Positions 42,829-53,465 of a DNA stretch of 64,000 nt are shown in pieces (positions within the stretch are counted from its first letter, which is position 1; each line of letters starts with the position of its first letter). Below the pieces are notes generated by a model. The model saw only the letters and a program-made list of their open reading frames with translations, did no database searches and was not told the origin of the DNA. The stretch is from an uncultured Gemmatimonadales bacterium. GTDB taxonomy: Bacteria; Gemmatimonadota; Gemmatimonadetes; Longimicrobiales; RSA9. The stretch lies in contig CAWCRS010000003.1 of the NCBI GenBank assembly GCA_963798085.1, forward strand, positions 832,001 through 896,000, written 5' to 3'. Made by a program: the position numbers and the translations under genes.

Positions 42829-43332
42829 ATGAACAGTCACGGCAGGCTCCTCATCCTCGCGACCCTGCTCACGACCTCGCTCGCCGCAGGGCGCCAGGGT
42901 GCGGCTGCCGCTGTCCTCGCCGCGGTGCCTCCAGCGGCCTGCCCGGCCACCTCGCCGGTCACGTTGTCGGTCGGCCGCCGCGAAACCCAGGCTGGCGCGC
43001 GCAGCCAGGATCCCTGCACGAAACCCACGGCTGCTCTGGTCGCGAGCGGCAAGAAGGTGTTCGGCGGCGCGGGGAACTGTGCCACCTGTCACGGCACGGA
43101 TGCAAAGGGAACACCTCTCGCGCCGGATCTCACCGACAAGACGTGGCTCAACATCGACGGCTCCTTCGTGGCCATCGCAGGCCTGGTGCCCAAGGGTGTG
43201 CCACAGCCCAAGAGCCACCCGGCGCCCATGCCCCCGTTCGGCGGCGCACAACTCAACAATGCTCAGGTGTGCGCCGTCGCTGCGTACGTGTACTCGCTCA
43301 GTCATCCGGACAGCATTCCGAAGGGGAAGTAG
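42829..43332 (+). CDS. Periplasmic monoheme c-type cytochrome
   Basis: GGAGGTG RBS, signal peptide, CATCH and PMPPFGG; clear paralogue of 18620..19072. Confidence 0.9.
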   Translation: MNSHGRLLILATLLTTSLAAGRQGAAAAVLAAVPPAACPATSPVTLSVGRRETQAGARSQDPCTKPTAALVASGKKVFGGAGNCATCHGTDAKGTPLAPDLTDKTWLNIDGSFVAIAGLVPKGVPQPKSHPAPMPPFGGAQLNNAQVCAVAAYVYSLSHPDSIPKGK

Positions 43333-43565
43333 CCGCGCAACGCAGCTGAGTCTGCTGTATTGAACGTTCCGGGCCGGCCTCTGCCGGCCTGGAACTGGTC
43401 CGCGCATACCCCGCTCCACTTAACGCGCGGTTACAACCCGGAAGTGTGTGTACTTTGGCGCGGAGTCACGCTCACAGCCAGGTGATCTGCCGCATTCGCA
43501 AGTCCAGCAAGAACTGCCAGGAGCCAACCGCACAGCCTTGCGTTGTGTCCAACTTCCAGACTGCC

Positions 43566-45422
43566 ATGAGATTCGTGTCACCGAGACTGTTGCACGCAGC
43601 TCTCGCCGGTTGCTGCCTGACCGCCGCGTCAGCCCGGCTGGAGGCGCAGGCCGCTTCCTCAACCGAGGGCGTAGCCACGGCGCAGGCGCTGGCCGACTCC
43701 GTCCGTGTCCGCTTCGCCCGCGGTGACACCACGCGTTTCGCCCGCATTTTCCCCTTTGCCAGAGGCGTCGCCCTGCTCACGGACGCGGTGCGCAACGCGC
43801 ATCCGGCAGTGGCTGAAGTCGCGCGCGTTACGGGCGCCACCGCTGATTCCGCCACGCTGCTGCTCACGGGATTCGTACGCTTCCGCAGCACTGGCGACGA
43901 GACGCTGGCCGCTGCCGACTTCTCCGGCCTCTATCAGGCGGGTCGCGGCCGCGATGGCCTCTGGCGTCTCGTGCACGCGCTGCCCATGGCGAAGCAGACG
44001 CGCATTCTCGCGCATCGCCTGCACGTCGTGCTGCGGCCCGGACTCGGCCTGGATGTCACGGATTCACTGGACCTCGAAGTCGAATCGTCGCACGGTGCGC
44101 TGTTCCATCTCAACCACGCGGCCATGCTCGACACGGTGCGCGTGGCCGGCCGTGACGCGCACCATCTGTTCGGCGGCGGCGTGCTCTGGCTCGATGCTCC
44201 GGCTGACCAGGACACGCCTGTCGTCCTCAACTACCGCCTGGACATCGCGCAGGACTCGAGCGCACCCGTGAATTCCGCGCGCTTCCTGCCGGACTTCGGG
44301 CACGTGCGCGGCCAGTACATGTGGCATCCCATCGTTTGGTTCGACGACGCCGCGGCCGTTCACATCAACGTGCGCGCGCCGTCCGGCGTGCGCGTCGCTA
44401 CCGACCTGCCGCAAACCGACACGATCCTGCACGGCACCCGTATCGTCACGGCCGCAGCAGCCGTGCCTGCGGGCGCGCTGTCGCTGTTCTATGACCGGGA
44501 CTGGGTTCCCAGCGAGCGGCGCGTCGGCAATTATCGCTTCACTGTGTTCGCCACGCCCGGCTTCAGGCCCCCGGCCGATACTCTCGCCGCTGCGTTCCAG
44601 CGCATCGTGCGCGTGTACAGCGCTCGCTTCGGCCCCCCGCAAGCAGACTACCTCGCCGTGGTGCAGCAGCGTGCGCGACCCGGTGAAGGCTGGCTCTTCC
44701 GCTCGAATAATGTAATCGCCGCATCGCTCAACGGCTGGCTGCTCATGTTTTCCGAGCCGCAGCCGGGCACGCCTTTCGGCCACGAGATCGCGCACGGCTG
44801 GACCCACCCTGCCGGCAGCGCGCGCCTGTTCCTGAGCGAGGGATGGGCGACGTGGGCCGCTTCCCTGATCCTGCGTGATGTGTATGGCGCCGATGTCGAG
44901 CAGAAGTACTGGGATGCGCAGCGCCACGAATATCTGACCGGAGATTACGAAGGCAAGGCCAGCCTGGCAGGCGACGCGCTCAACAGCGGCGTGTCGTATG
45001 GGAAGGGCGCATGGGTGCTCAAGATGCTCGAGGAGGAAATCGGACAGGCAGCCTTCGATGGCGGCATGCGCGCCTGGATGGCCATACCGGCCGACAGACA
45101 GCCCGACTACATCGCCTTCCTCGACCGGATGAGCAGCGCCGCAGGCAGGGACCTGCGTGACTTCATGACGCCATGGGTGGAAGCGAAGGTGATCCCGCAG
45201 CTGACCGCGTCAATCGAAGCATCGCGTCTGGTGCTGACGCAGCGGCAGGACGGCCCGGTCTTTCAGCTGCATGTCAATGTGGACCTGATCACTGCCTCGG
45301 GCAGCGTTCGCGTCACCGTCCCGCTCGCCGCGCGCACGAGCTCGTTCCCCCTGCCACCCAGCGTCTCGTCTCCCGTAACCCGCATCGTCATCGACCCCGC
45401 GCGCAAACTCCTGCTCCACTAA
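43566..45422 (+). CDS. Secreted M1-family (gluzincin) aminopeptidase-like protein
   Basis: HEIAHGW...FLSEGWA and YGKGAWVL; signal peptide. Confidence 0.85.
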   Translation: MRFVSPRLLHAALAGCCLTAASARLEAQAASSTEGVATAQALADSVRVRFARGDTTRFARIFPFARGVALLTDAVRNAHPAVAEVARVTGATADSATLLLTGFVRFRSTGDETLAAADFSGLYQAGRGRDGLWRLVHALPMAKQTRILAHRLHVVLRPGLGLDVTDSLDLEVESSHGALFHLNHAAMLDTVRVAGRDAHHLFGGGVLWLDAPADQDTPVVLNYRLDIAQDSSAPVNSARFLPDFGHVRGQYMWHPIVWFDDAAAVHINVRAPSGVRVATDLPQTDTILHGTRIVTAAAAVPAGALSLFYDRDWVPSERRVGNYRFTVFATPGFRPPADTLAAAFQRIVRVYSARFGPPQADYLAVVQQRARPGEGWLFRSNNVIAASLNGWLLMFSEPQPGTPFGHEIAHGWTHPAGSARLFLSEGWATWAASLILRDVYGADVEQKYWDAQRHEYLTGDYEGKASLAGDALNSGVSYGKGAWVLKMLEEEIGQAAFDGGMRAWMAIPADRQPDYIAFLDRMSSAAGRDLRDFMTPWVEAKVIPQLTASIEASRLVLTQRQDGPVFQLHVNVDLITASGSVRVTVPLAARTSSFPLPPSVSSPVTRIVIDPARKLLLH

Positions 45423-45639
45423 CACGATGTTTGCCCGTGTCGCCGGGGTGGGAAGTTGCCTCAACCCTTAACTGCCGCCGATCAATGCCGCCGGACAGGG
45501 CGCACCCCGACGATCAGCGCCCCCTTCGTCGCGCGGCTTCACATCGGAAAGGCGACCCCGCCCATGACCACGCACCACCGCCGTTCCCCAGCCCCAGCCC
45601 CAGCCCGAGCCCCAGACCCAGCCCCGCCGTTCGCCCGCT

Positions 45640-47038
45640 TCAAATGTGCAGCGCCCGCCCCATCGATCCGAGTGCCGCCTCGCCGATCGCCTCCGACATG
45701 GTCGGGTGCGGATGGATCGCGCTGTCCATTTCTTCGGCTGTCGTCTCGAGCGCGCGGCCCACGACGAATTCCGCGATCATCTCGCTCGCGTTCAAGCCCA
45801 CAATGTGCGCACCCAGGATCTCGCCGTACTTCTTGTCGCGGATCACCTTCACGAAACCGTCCGTCTCGCCGGCAGTGCGTGCGCGGCCGTTGGCGCTGAA
45901 CGGGAACGACCCGATCTCGAAGTCCAGCCCTTTTTCCTTCGCCTGCTTCTCCGTCAGCCCGACGGACGCGACTTCGGGATGGCAGTAGGTGACGTTGGGT
46001 ATGTTGTTGTAGTCGACCGTGCCGTGCCCCACGCCGGCCAGCGCTTCCACGAGGTGCACGCCCTCGTGTGAGGCCTTGTGCGCCAGCAGCGGGGGACGCG
46101 CGCAGTCGCCGATCGCGTATATGCCCGCCGCCGTGGTGCGCAGGTTGTCGTCCACCTTGATGAAGCCCCGCTCCACCTGCACGCCGGCCTTTTCCAGGCC
46201 AATGTCGTCGACGATCGGCGCGCGCCCCACCGCCATGAGCACGCGCTCCACCTCGATGGTCTTCGACTTCCCATCCTTGGTCGCGAGGGTCAGCGTCACG
46301 CCGTTCTTGCCGACATCGGCCTTCTCGAGTCGTGCACTGGTGTGCACCTCAATGCCGCGCTTCCTGTAGGCTTTCTCGACGACAGTCGCCGAATCCGTGT
46401 CCTCCAGCGGCAGCACCTGATCGAGTGCCTCAATGATCGTGACCTTCGAGCCGAACGCGCTGTAGATGTCGGCGAACTCCATGCCGATCGCGCCCGCGCC
46501 AATGATGCCCAGCGTCGCAGGCGTCGCCGAGGGAAACACCGCGGTATCGCTGCTCCACACGCGGTCGCCATCGATCTTCAGAATGGGCAGCGACTTCGGC
46601 CGCGAGCCGGTCGCCAGGATGATGTGCTGCGCGCTCAGTCGTGCGGTCGCCATCCTTGCCACTGACTGACACCTTGTTACCGCCCGCCAGCCGGGCCCAG
46701 CCCGCCACGGTCTCGATCTTGTGCTTCTTGAACAGGAAGACGACGCCGCGCATTCCCTGGTCTGCGACTTTCTTCGCCCGCTTGCCCGCGACGCCAATGT
46801 CCAGCTTCACATCGGAAACGGTGATGCCGAAGTCGGCCAGGTCCGGCAGTTTCTTCGCGTATTTGGCGCTTTCCAGCAGCGCCTTGGTCGGAATGCAGCC
46901 GATTGCGTTGCACACGCCGCCCAGCTTGTCGGCCTCGATGCAGGCCACCTTCATGCCCAGCTGTGCCGCGCGGATCGCCGCCACGTAGCCGCCCGGCCCG
47001 CCGCCGATCACGATCAGATCGTATGAGTTGTCCGCCAC
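45640..47038 (-). CDS. lpdA: Dihydrolipoyl dehydrogenase (E3), indel near 46645
   Basis: GGGPGGYVAA, GGVCNAIGCIPTK, GAGAIG and HPHPTMSE. Confidence 0.96.
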
Positions 47039-47170
47039 CGTGTTGCCTCCCCCGTGCAGGGTCCGGTCCGTCCGTTCACGGACAGGCGAGCGCCACTGTC
47101 GCCGCCCTGCCCGTGACGGGGACCCGCCCTCTCTAACACATTGTCAGTGAAGTTGTCCGGCCTGTCCGCA

Positions 47171-48475
47171 TCACACCAGCATCATGACGGGCTCCTCCAG
47201 GAACGCGCGCACCGTCTGCAGGAAGCGCGCGCCCGTGGCGCCATCCACGACGCGATGATCGCAGCTCATCGTCGCCCGCAGCCGTGGACGCACCACCATC
47301 TGCCCGTTCTCCACCACCACCTTCTCCGTCACCTGGCCCAGCGCCAGGATGCCCGCCTCCGGCGGGTTGATGATCGCCGTGAACTCGTCGATCCCGAACA
47401 TGCCCAGGTTCGAGAGCGAGAAGGTCGAGCCCGTGTACTCCTCGGGCTTCAGCTTCTTTTCGCGCGCGCGACCCGCCAGCTCGCGCACTTCCGCCGCGAT
47501 CTGCGCCACGCCCTTGCGGTCCGCATCTCTGATGACCGGCGTGATCAGCCCGTCCTCGATGGCCACCGCCACACCCACGTGTACGCGGTGATGGCGACGG
47601 ATCACCGACTCGCCCCACGACGCGTTCACCTCCGGGTGCCGGGCCAGAGCCATGGCCACGGCCTTGAGGATGAAGTCGTTGATCGATGCCTTCGTGCCGC
47701 TCGCCTCGAGCCGCCTGTTCACCTGCTCCCTCGCCGCTAACAGGCGAGTCATATCGACCTCGATGGAGAGGTAGAACGTCGGTACCGGCCCGATCGACGT
47801 GACCAGCCGCTTCGCGATCGTCTTGCGCACCTGCGACACCGGGACATCCTCCACGTCCGGTCCCGCGGCCAGATCGAACCTCGCCGCAGCGGCCGGCGCC
47901 TGTGCGGCCGCCTCAATGTCGCGCTTGATGATGCGACCGCCCGGTCCCGATCCCTGCACAGCCTCCAGCGCTATGCCTGCCTTGGACGCAATGCGGCGAG
48001 CCAGTGGCGACGCCCGCACGCGCCCATCGTCGCCCAATGCAGCCGGCGAGGAGCCTGATGCGGTGGGTGCAGCCGCAGTGGCGGCTCGTGCCGGCGGGGT
48101 TGCGACGGCAGCCGGCGCGGCCGGCGCCGCCAGCCCGCCCGGAGCTGATGAGCCTGCCGCCGCAGCGGCCGTGGCCTTGTCCGGCGCGCCGCCGTTGCCG
48201 CTGCTCAACTCCGCCAGCGCGGCACCGATTTCCTCGTCTGGCTTTGCAATGATTGCGATCACCTGGCCGACCTTCGCGGTGCCGCCCGCGGGCAGCCCGA
48301 TGCGCCGCAGCACGCCGCCGCCGCGCGCCACCAGCTCCATCGTCGCCTTGTCCGTCTCGATCTCGGCGAGGATGTCACCCTCGTTGATGGCGTCGCCTTC
48401 CTGCTTCAGCCAGCGGACGAGCTGTCCCTCTTCCATGGTGGGGGACAGCGCCTCCATGTGGACTCTTGTCGCCAT
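47171..48475 (-). CDS. pdhC: Pyruvate dehydrogenase E2 dihydrolipoamide acetyltransferase
   Basis: LSPTMEEG, IETDKA lipoyl motif, ASPLARR and DHRVVDG. Confidence 0.96.
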   Translation of the reverse strand: MATRVHMEALSPTMEEGQLVRWLKQEGDAINEGDILAEIETDKATMELVARGGGVLRRIGLPAGGTAKVGQVIAIIAKPDEEIGAALAELSSGNGGAPDKATAAAAAGSSAPGGLAAPAAPAAVATPPARAATAAAPTASGSSPAALGDDGRVRASPLARRIASKAGIALEAVQGSGPGGRIIKRDIEAAAQAPAAAARFDLAAGPDVEDVPVSQVRKTIAKRLVTSIGPVPTFYLSIEVDMTRLLAAREQVNRRLEASGTKASINDFILKAVAMALARHPEVNASWGESVIRRHHRVHVGVAVAIEDGLITPVIRDADRKGVAQIAAEVRELAGRAREKKLKPEEYTGSTFSLSNLGMFGIDEFTAIINPPEAGILALGQVTEKVVVENGQMVVRPRLRATMSCDHRVVDGATGARFLQTVRAFLEEPVMMLV

Positions 48476-48497
48476 TCCGCCGCTCGCTTTCGTTCGC

Positions 48498-49478
48498 TCA
48501 GGCGCGGTACAGCACGTCGTTGCAGGCCGCGATGATGCGGTCGGCCGATGGCTTCGCCAGCTTCTCCAGGTTCTTGCTGTAGGGCATGGGCAGATCCAGC
48601 TGCGTCACGCGTCGCACCGGTGCGTCCAGCCAGTCGAAAGCTTCCTGCTGGATGATGTCCACGATCTGCGCACCAATGCCGATGAAGGGCCAGCCCTCCT
48701 CAATGTATACCGCCCGGTTCGTCTTGTGCACGCTGCGCAGGATCGCCTCCACATCCAGCGGCCGCAGCGAGCGCAGGTCAATGACTTCCGCGTTAACATT
48801 CTGTTTGGCCAGCTGCGCGGCCGCCTGCAGCACCACGTGCACCATCTTGCCGTGCGTGATCAGCGTGACATCGCTGCCCTCGCGCTTCACATCCGCCACA
48901 CCCAGCGGCACAATGTGCTCACCGTCCGGCACTTCGCCCTTGAGCGCATAGAGCAGCTCGCCCTCCATCACCACCACGGGATCATTGTCGCGAATGGCCG
49001 CCTTGAGCAGCCCTTTCGCATCGGCCGGTGTGGCCGGCGTGCAGATCTTGAGGCCGGGGAAATGCGCGTACGTCGATTCCAGCGCCTGCGAGTGCTGCGC
49101 CGAAAGCTGCAGTGCCGCGCCCGTCGGTCCGCGGAACACGATCGGGCAGTGGAACTGGCCGTTCGACATGTACAGCACCTTCGACGCACTGTTGAACACC
49201 TGGTCCAGCGCCAGCATCGAGAAGTTGAAGGTCATGAACTCGATGACGGGCCGCAGCCCCAGCATCGCCGCACCCACGCCAATGCCCGCGAAGCCCAGCT
49301 CGGCAATCGGTGTGTCCACCACGCGCAACGGACCGAAGCGGTCCAGCAGCCCCTTCGACACCTTGTAGGCGCCGTTGTAGAGGCCTACTTCTTCGCCCAT
49401 CACGAAAACGCTGGCGTCGCGTTCCATCTCTTCCGCCAGCGCCTGGTTCAACGCCTCGCGATACATCATCACGGCCAT
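48498..49478 (-). CDS. pdhB: Pyruvate dehydrogenase E1 beta subunit
   Basis: MGEEVG.YNGAYKVS, DTPIAE and AQHSQ. Confidence 0.96.
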   Translation of the reverse strand: MAVMMYREALNQALAEEMERDASVFVMGEEVGLYNGAYKVSKGLLDRFGPLRVVDTPIAELGFAGIGVGAAMLGLRPVIEFMTFNFSMLALDQVFNSASKVLYMSNGQFHCPIVFRGPTGAALQLSAQHSQALESTYAHFPGLKICTPATPADAKGLLKAAIRDNDPVVVMEGELLYALKGEVPDGEHIVPLGVADVKREGSDVTLITHGKMVHVVLQAAAQLAKQNVNAEVIDLRSLRPLDVEAILRSVHKTNRAVYIEEGWPFIGIGAQIVDIIQQEAFDWLDAPVRRVTQLDLPMPYSKNLEKLAKPSADRIIAACNDVLYRA

Positions 49479-49487
49479 CGCTTCCTC

Positions 49488-50680
49488 CTACTCCTCGACT
49501 GGCCCGTGCGGGCTCCCGGATCCGGCGAGCGCATCGAAGAACAGTCGACCGTGCACGTTCATGTCCGTGTACACGTGCTCGCGCAGCCCGGCTGGATCCG
49601 GCTCCGGCGATGCTTCCGCGAAGTCCACGGCGTCCTGAACCTCATCGTGGGCGCGCGCATCGATCGACTTCAGCTCCGCTTCCGTCAGCAGACCCGCGTC
49701 CTGCAGGCGATCGATGAAAATCCGGATCGGATCGTTCGCCTTGTGCTCCTCCAGCTCCTCTTTCGTGCGATAGACGCCACTGACCGGGTCCGACATCGAG
49801 TGCCCCATGAAGCGATAGGTCTGCGCCTCGATCAGCGTCGGCTTCCCCTCCCGCCTCGCCAGCTCCACCGCTTCCAAGCACGGTCGCGCGCATGGCCAGC
49901 ACATCCATCCCATCCACCGCGGCGGACCGCATCCCGTAGGAGTCCGCCTTCTTCGCGATGCTCAGCTCCGCCGCCGCCCGGTTCCAGGCCGTGCCCATGC
50001 CGAACCAGTTGTTCTCGACAATGTCAGATGACCGGCAACTTCCAGAGTTCAGCCATGTTCAGCGATTCGTGGAAGGAACCCTGATTCACGGCCGCTTCCC
50101 CCATGAAGCACACGCAGACCTGTGCGGCCGCGTCGTTGCGCGCGTTGCGCGCAGGACCACGGCCACTCCCGTTCTCGGCCGGATTGTCCGCGTTGGCGCC
50201 AGCTTGCGCCTGCTTGTAGCGAATGGCCCAGCCGATGCCCGTCGCGAGCGGAATCTGTCCGCCCACTATGCCCCAGCCACCCATGAAATGGTGCTGAGCA
50301 CTGTAAAGGTGCATCGAGCCACCCCGGCCACCCGAGCAGCCATCCGCACGGCCGTACAGTTCGGCCATGACCGCGCGCGCGCTGATGCCCTTCAGCAGCG
50401 CCTGGACGTGCTCCCGGTACGCCGTGATCACGTAATCGTCGGGATTCAGCGCCGCCATCGTGCCGGCAGCCACTGCCTCCTGTCCAATGTAGAGGTGGCA
50501 GAACCCGCCGATCTTGCCCACGGCGTACGCTTCAGCGGCCCGCTCCTCGAAGCGTCGACCCAGCAGCATCTGATGCAGGATCTGCTGCAGCTGCTCGCGC
50601 TCGAGCCCTTCGAGCTGGGCCTTCCGCCCATTGGCCGCGCGCCCGCGCGACCGGCTCTCGGCAGTCTCCGTGCTTGCCAT
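49488..50680 (-). CDS. pdhA: Pyruvate dehydrogenase E1 alpha subunit, two indels
   Basis: GGFCHLYIGQEA, GGSMH, GEAAVNQG and TYRFMGHSMSDP. Confidence 0.95.
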
Positions 50681-50823
50681 TGTCGTTCTCCACTCCGTGC
50701 GCGATCGCCCGCGGGCACCAACGCCTCCCCGTGCGCGGACGCCGAATCAGCCGCGTTGTCGCGTCGAAATATGGTTACTGATCAAGGCTGGCAGCGACCG
50801 GCGGCGTCCTGCCACCGGCGCGC

Positions 50824-51919
50824 TCATACCGCCTGACGTTTCGATTCGATCTGAACCAGACCATCCGCCCCGGGCGGATTCCTTGATTCCGCCGGTGCGG
50901 GCACGCCGGCCTCGAGGATTTCGCGGATCTCGCCAGGACCACCCGCCCGCACCGTCCTCGCCTGCGTTTCGGCATGGTAGCTCGAACGCACCAGCGGGCC
51001 CGACTCCACGTGCTGAAAGCCCAGCTCCTGCTCGCCTGTCCGCTTCCAATCGCGCGAATTCGTCCGGGCTCACCCACCTGGCCACAGGTGCGTGGTGCAC
51101 GGAAGGCCGCAGGTACTGCCCGAGCGTCAGGATATCGACGGACGCTTTGCGCAGATCCGCCATCGCCTGGCCGATCTCCTCCCGCGCCTCGCCGAGGCCC
51201 AGGATGATCCCCGACTTGGTCAGCATCGCCGGGTCCATCCGCTTCGCCGCACCCAGCAGCGAGATGCTGCGCCAGTAGCGGCCTCCCGGCCGCGCCCACG
51301 GGTGCAGTCGCTCCACCGTCTCGAGATTGTGATTCAGGATGTCCGGCCGCGCCTCGCACCACATCCGCAACGCATCTTCGTCGCCCTTGAAATCCGGAAT
51401 CAGCACCTCAATGGTCATCCCGGGCCGGCGTACCCGGCACTGGCGGATCGTCTCCGCGAAAATCGCCGCGCCGCCATCCTGCAGCTCGTCCCGGTTCACG
51501 CTCGTGATAACAACGTGTTCGAGCTCCAGCTGGGCCACCGCATCCGCCACCCGCCGCGGCTCATCCCAATCCAGCTCGGTGGGCATGCCGTGCGCGATCG
51601 CGCAGTACTTGCACGCACGCGTACAGACATCGCCCAGGATCAGGAACGTGGCCGTGCCGGCTTCCCAGCACTCGCCAATGTTCGGGCAGCCCGCTTCCTC
51701 GCAGACCGAATGCAGACGCGCCCCGCGCATCAGCTTCTTGAGGCGCAGGTAGTTCGTGCCCCCCGGCGAGCGCACCTTCAGCCACTCCGGCTTGCGCGTA
51801 CCCAAAGGCAACGGCTCGCCTTCCAGAATCGGAAGGCGGGCCGTCCCCTTCGATTTCACAATTCCCGTATCTTTCCCCGCTGGCGCGTATCCGCTTGCGG
51901 GGACCGGAGTTGTAGCCAT
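50824..51919 (-). CDS. lipA: Lipoyl synthase, indel near 51045
   Basis: CEEAGCPNIGEC, CTRACKYC and GQYLRPS; SGPLVRSSYHA in the shifted frame. Confidence 0.96.
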
Positions 51920-51992
51920 CAGGCTCTGCTCGTTTCCCGTCCTGGAAGAACGCTCGAAATTAGCACCACCACCAAGGGGCGGCAACGCGGCA

Positions 51993-52300
51993 CGGACCGT
52001 CCTGCTATCCCGGGTGGCGGTCGCTCAATTCATAGCTGGCGATATCGATAGTCATCGACCACGCGGCTTCGATGCGCCTTGGCGTCGTGGATCGCATCAC
52101 TCGCCGGATGGAAAGAACGCCACAATGGTCCGTTCGACCCATCGCTTCATATCGCCTCGGACCAGCTTGGCATTCTTGCGTTATGCCACTACCAGCAATG
52201 CCCGCGACCCCCCGACCCCATCCGAATCACGGATTCGATTCGCGGATGCGTCGCCGTGATAGTCGCGTCGGCCGGAAGGAAAGAACGCCAGGACGGTCCG
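51993..52300. repeat. Tandem pair of ~141-bp IR-ended elements in reverse orientation (first copy degenerate)
   Basis: 51993-52132 and 52158-52300; the second ends GGCCGGAAGGAAAGAACGCCAGGACGGTCCG. Confidence 0.85.
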
Positions 52301-52360
52301 ATAACAGGCGCCCACGGACCGTAAGTGAGGAAGGCCGGGAAAAGAGAATCTGCGCTCAGA

Positions 52361-52500
52361 GGGGCTCGACCAGAAGGACCGAGCCCCGAAATAGGACCGA
52401 GCCCCGAAATCCGGTCTGGCGGCTTGAGTAGGTCGTCGCGCTGCCTCGACGGAGCCGCTCGTGAGTTGACTGACCCGGACTCGGGGCTCGGGGCTCGGGG
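52361..52500. repeat. Short GAGCCCCG/CGGGGCTC repeat cluster
   Basis: AGGACCGAGCCCCGAAAT x2 (52375-52410) and complementary CTCGGGG x3 (52480-52500). Confidence 0.75.
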
Positions 52501-52519
52501 CGACCCGGGGGCTTGCCCC

Positions 52520-53256
52520 TCAGGCCGCGTGACTCTCCTGGATCGCTGGTGCGTTGATCACGAACGAGTAGCACTCGCCGTGCTCGGATGGCGAGGCGAC
52601 TTCCAGCTTCGAGCCCATCGCGGACAGCAGCTTGCGACACACCGCCAGGCGCAGGGACGCCTTCGAGCTCACCGATCGATTCGCCCCGTTTTCACGGCAT
52701 GTCATGCTGTCGGCGATTCCCGGACCGCACACCTTGAACTCGAGAATGCTGCTCGTCGATCGGCAGAACCCTGATTTCGATCACATCGTCGATTGTGTAT
52801 TCCAGCGCGGTCGTCGCGAGGTTCAGCAGCACGCGGCCGATCGCCACGGAATCGCCCAGGTATTCGTCCGTGCCCTCCACGACCGTGGACAGCCGGACCC
52901 GCTTCTCCTCCAGCATGGGGCCCAGCACGTCGCCGGTGCCCTCGAGCAGCTGCCGCACCGAGAAGCTCGTGGCCTCGGCGCTGCTGATGCCATCCGGTGC
53001 GCCCCACAGCTCGATCATGTCATCGGCCATGCTGTGCGCCTGCAGTGCGGCGCAGTAGATGAATGCGAAGTTGTCGGCGACGAATCTCCTCCTGGTCACG
53101 GCGCGTCGACGTGCGTAACACCTGGGCCAGCGTCAGAATCGCTGTCAGGGGCGCGCGCATGTCCGCCGCCGCCAGGACTATCGACTCGACCCCCGGCCCG
53201 CCATCATGGCCGCCGCTGGGTACCGTGCCGCCGCTCATTTGCGCACTCGCCCGCAT
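52520..53256 (-). pseudogene. Degenerate sensor-histidine-kinase-like gene (HisKA + HATPase remnants), with indels
   Basis: AAADMRAPLTAILTLA (H-box without His), GRVLLNLATTALEYT (N-box) and SLRLAVCRKLL (G2 remnant). Confidence 0.65.
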
Positions 53257-53465
53257 GATCTTCTCCGCCTCCCGCTGTGGGCATTGTGTCGCGCCCGATC
53301 CGGCCCGCACAGAGGCAGACATCGGGCCGAAACCGCAGGAGAAGCGTAACTATGCGCAGGTTAATGGATTACAGATTTTGGCGGGTGCCGGATCCAGGGT
53401 GGTTTGCACCACCCTGGTGCACGATCGGCGGGGTGCGTTGCTTCAGATCGTTACGACCCTCCGCG

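Noticed and set aside
45640..51919. Programmed frameshifting or pseudogenisation of the PDH cluster
   Set aside because: Scattered indels without slippery-site patterns in core genes are better explained by sequencing error.
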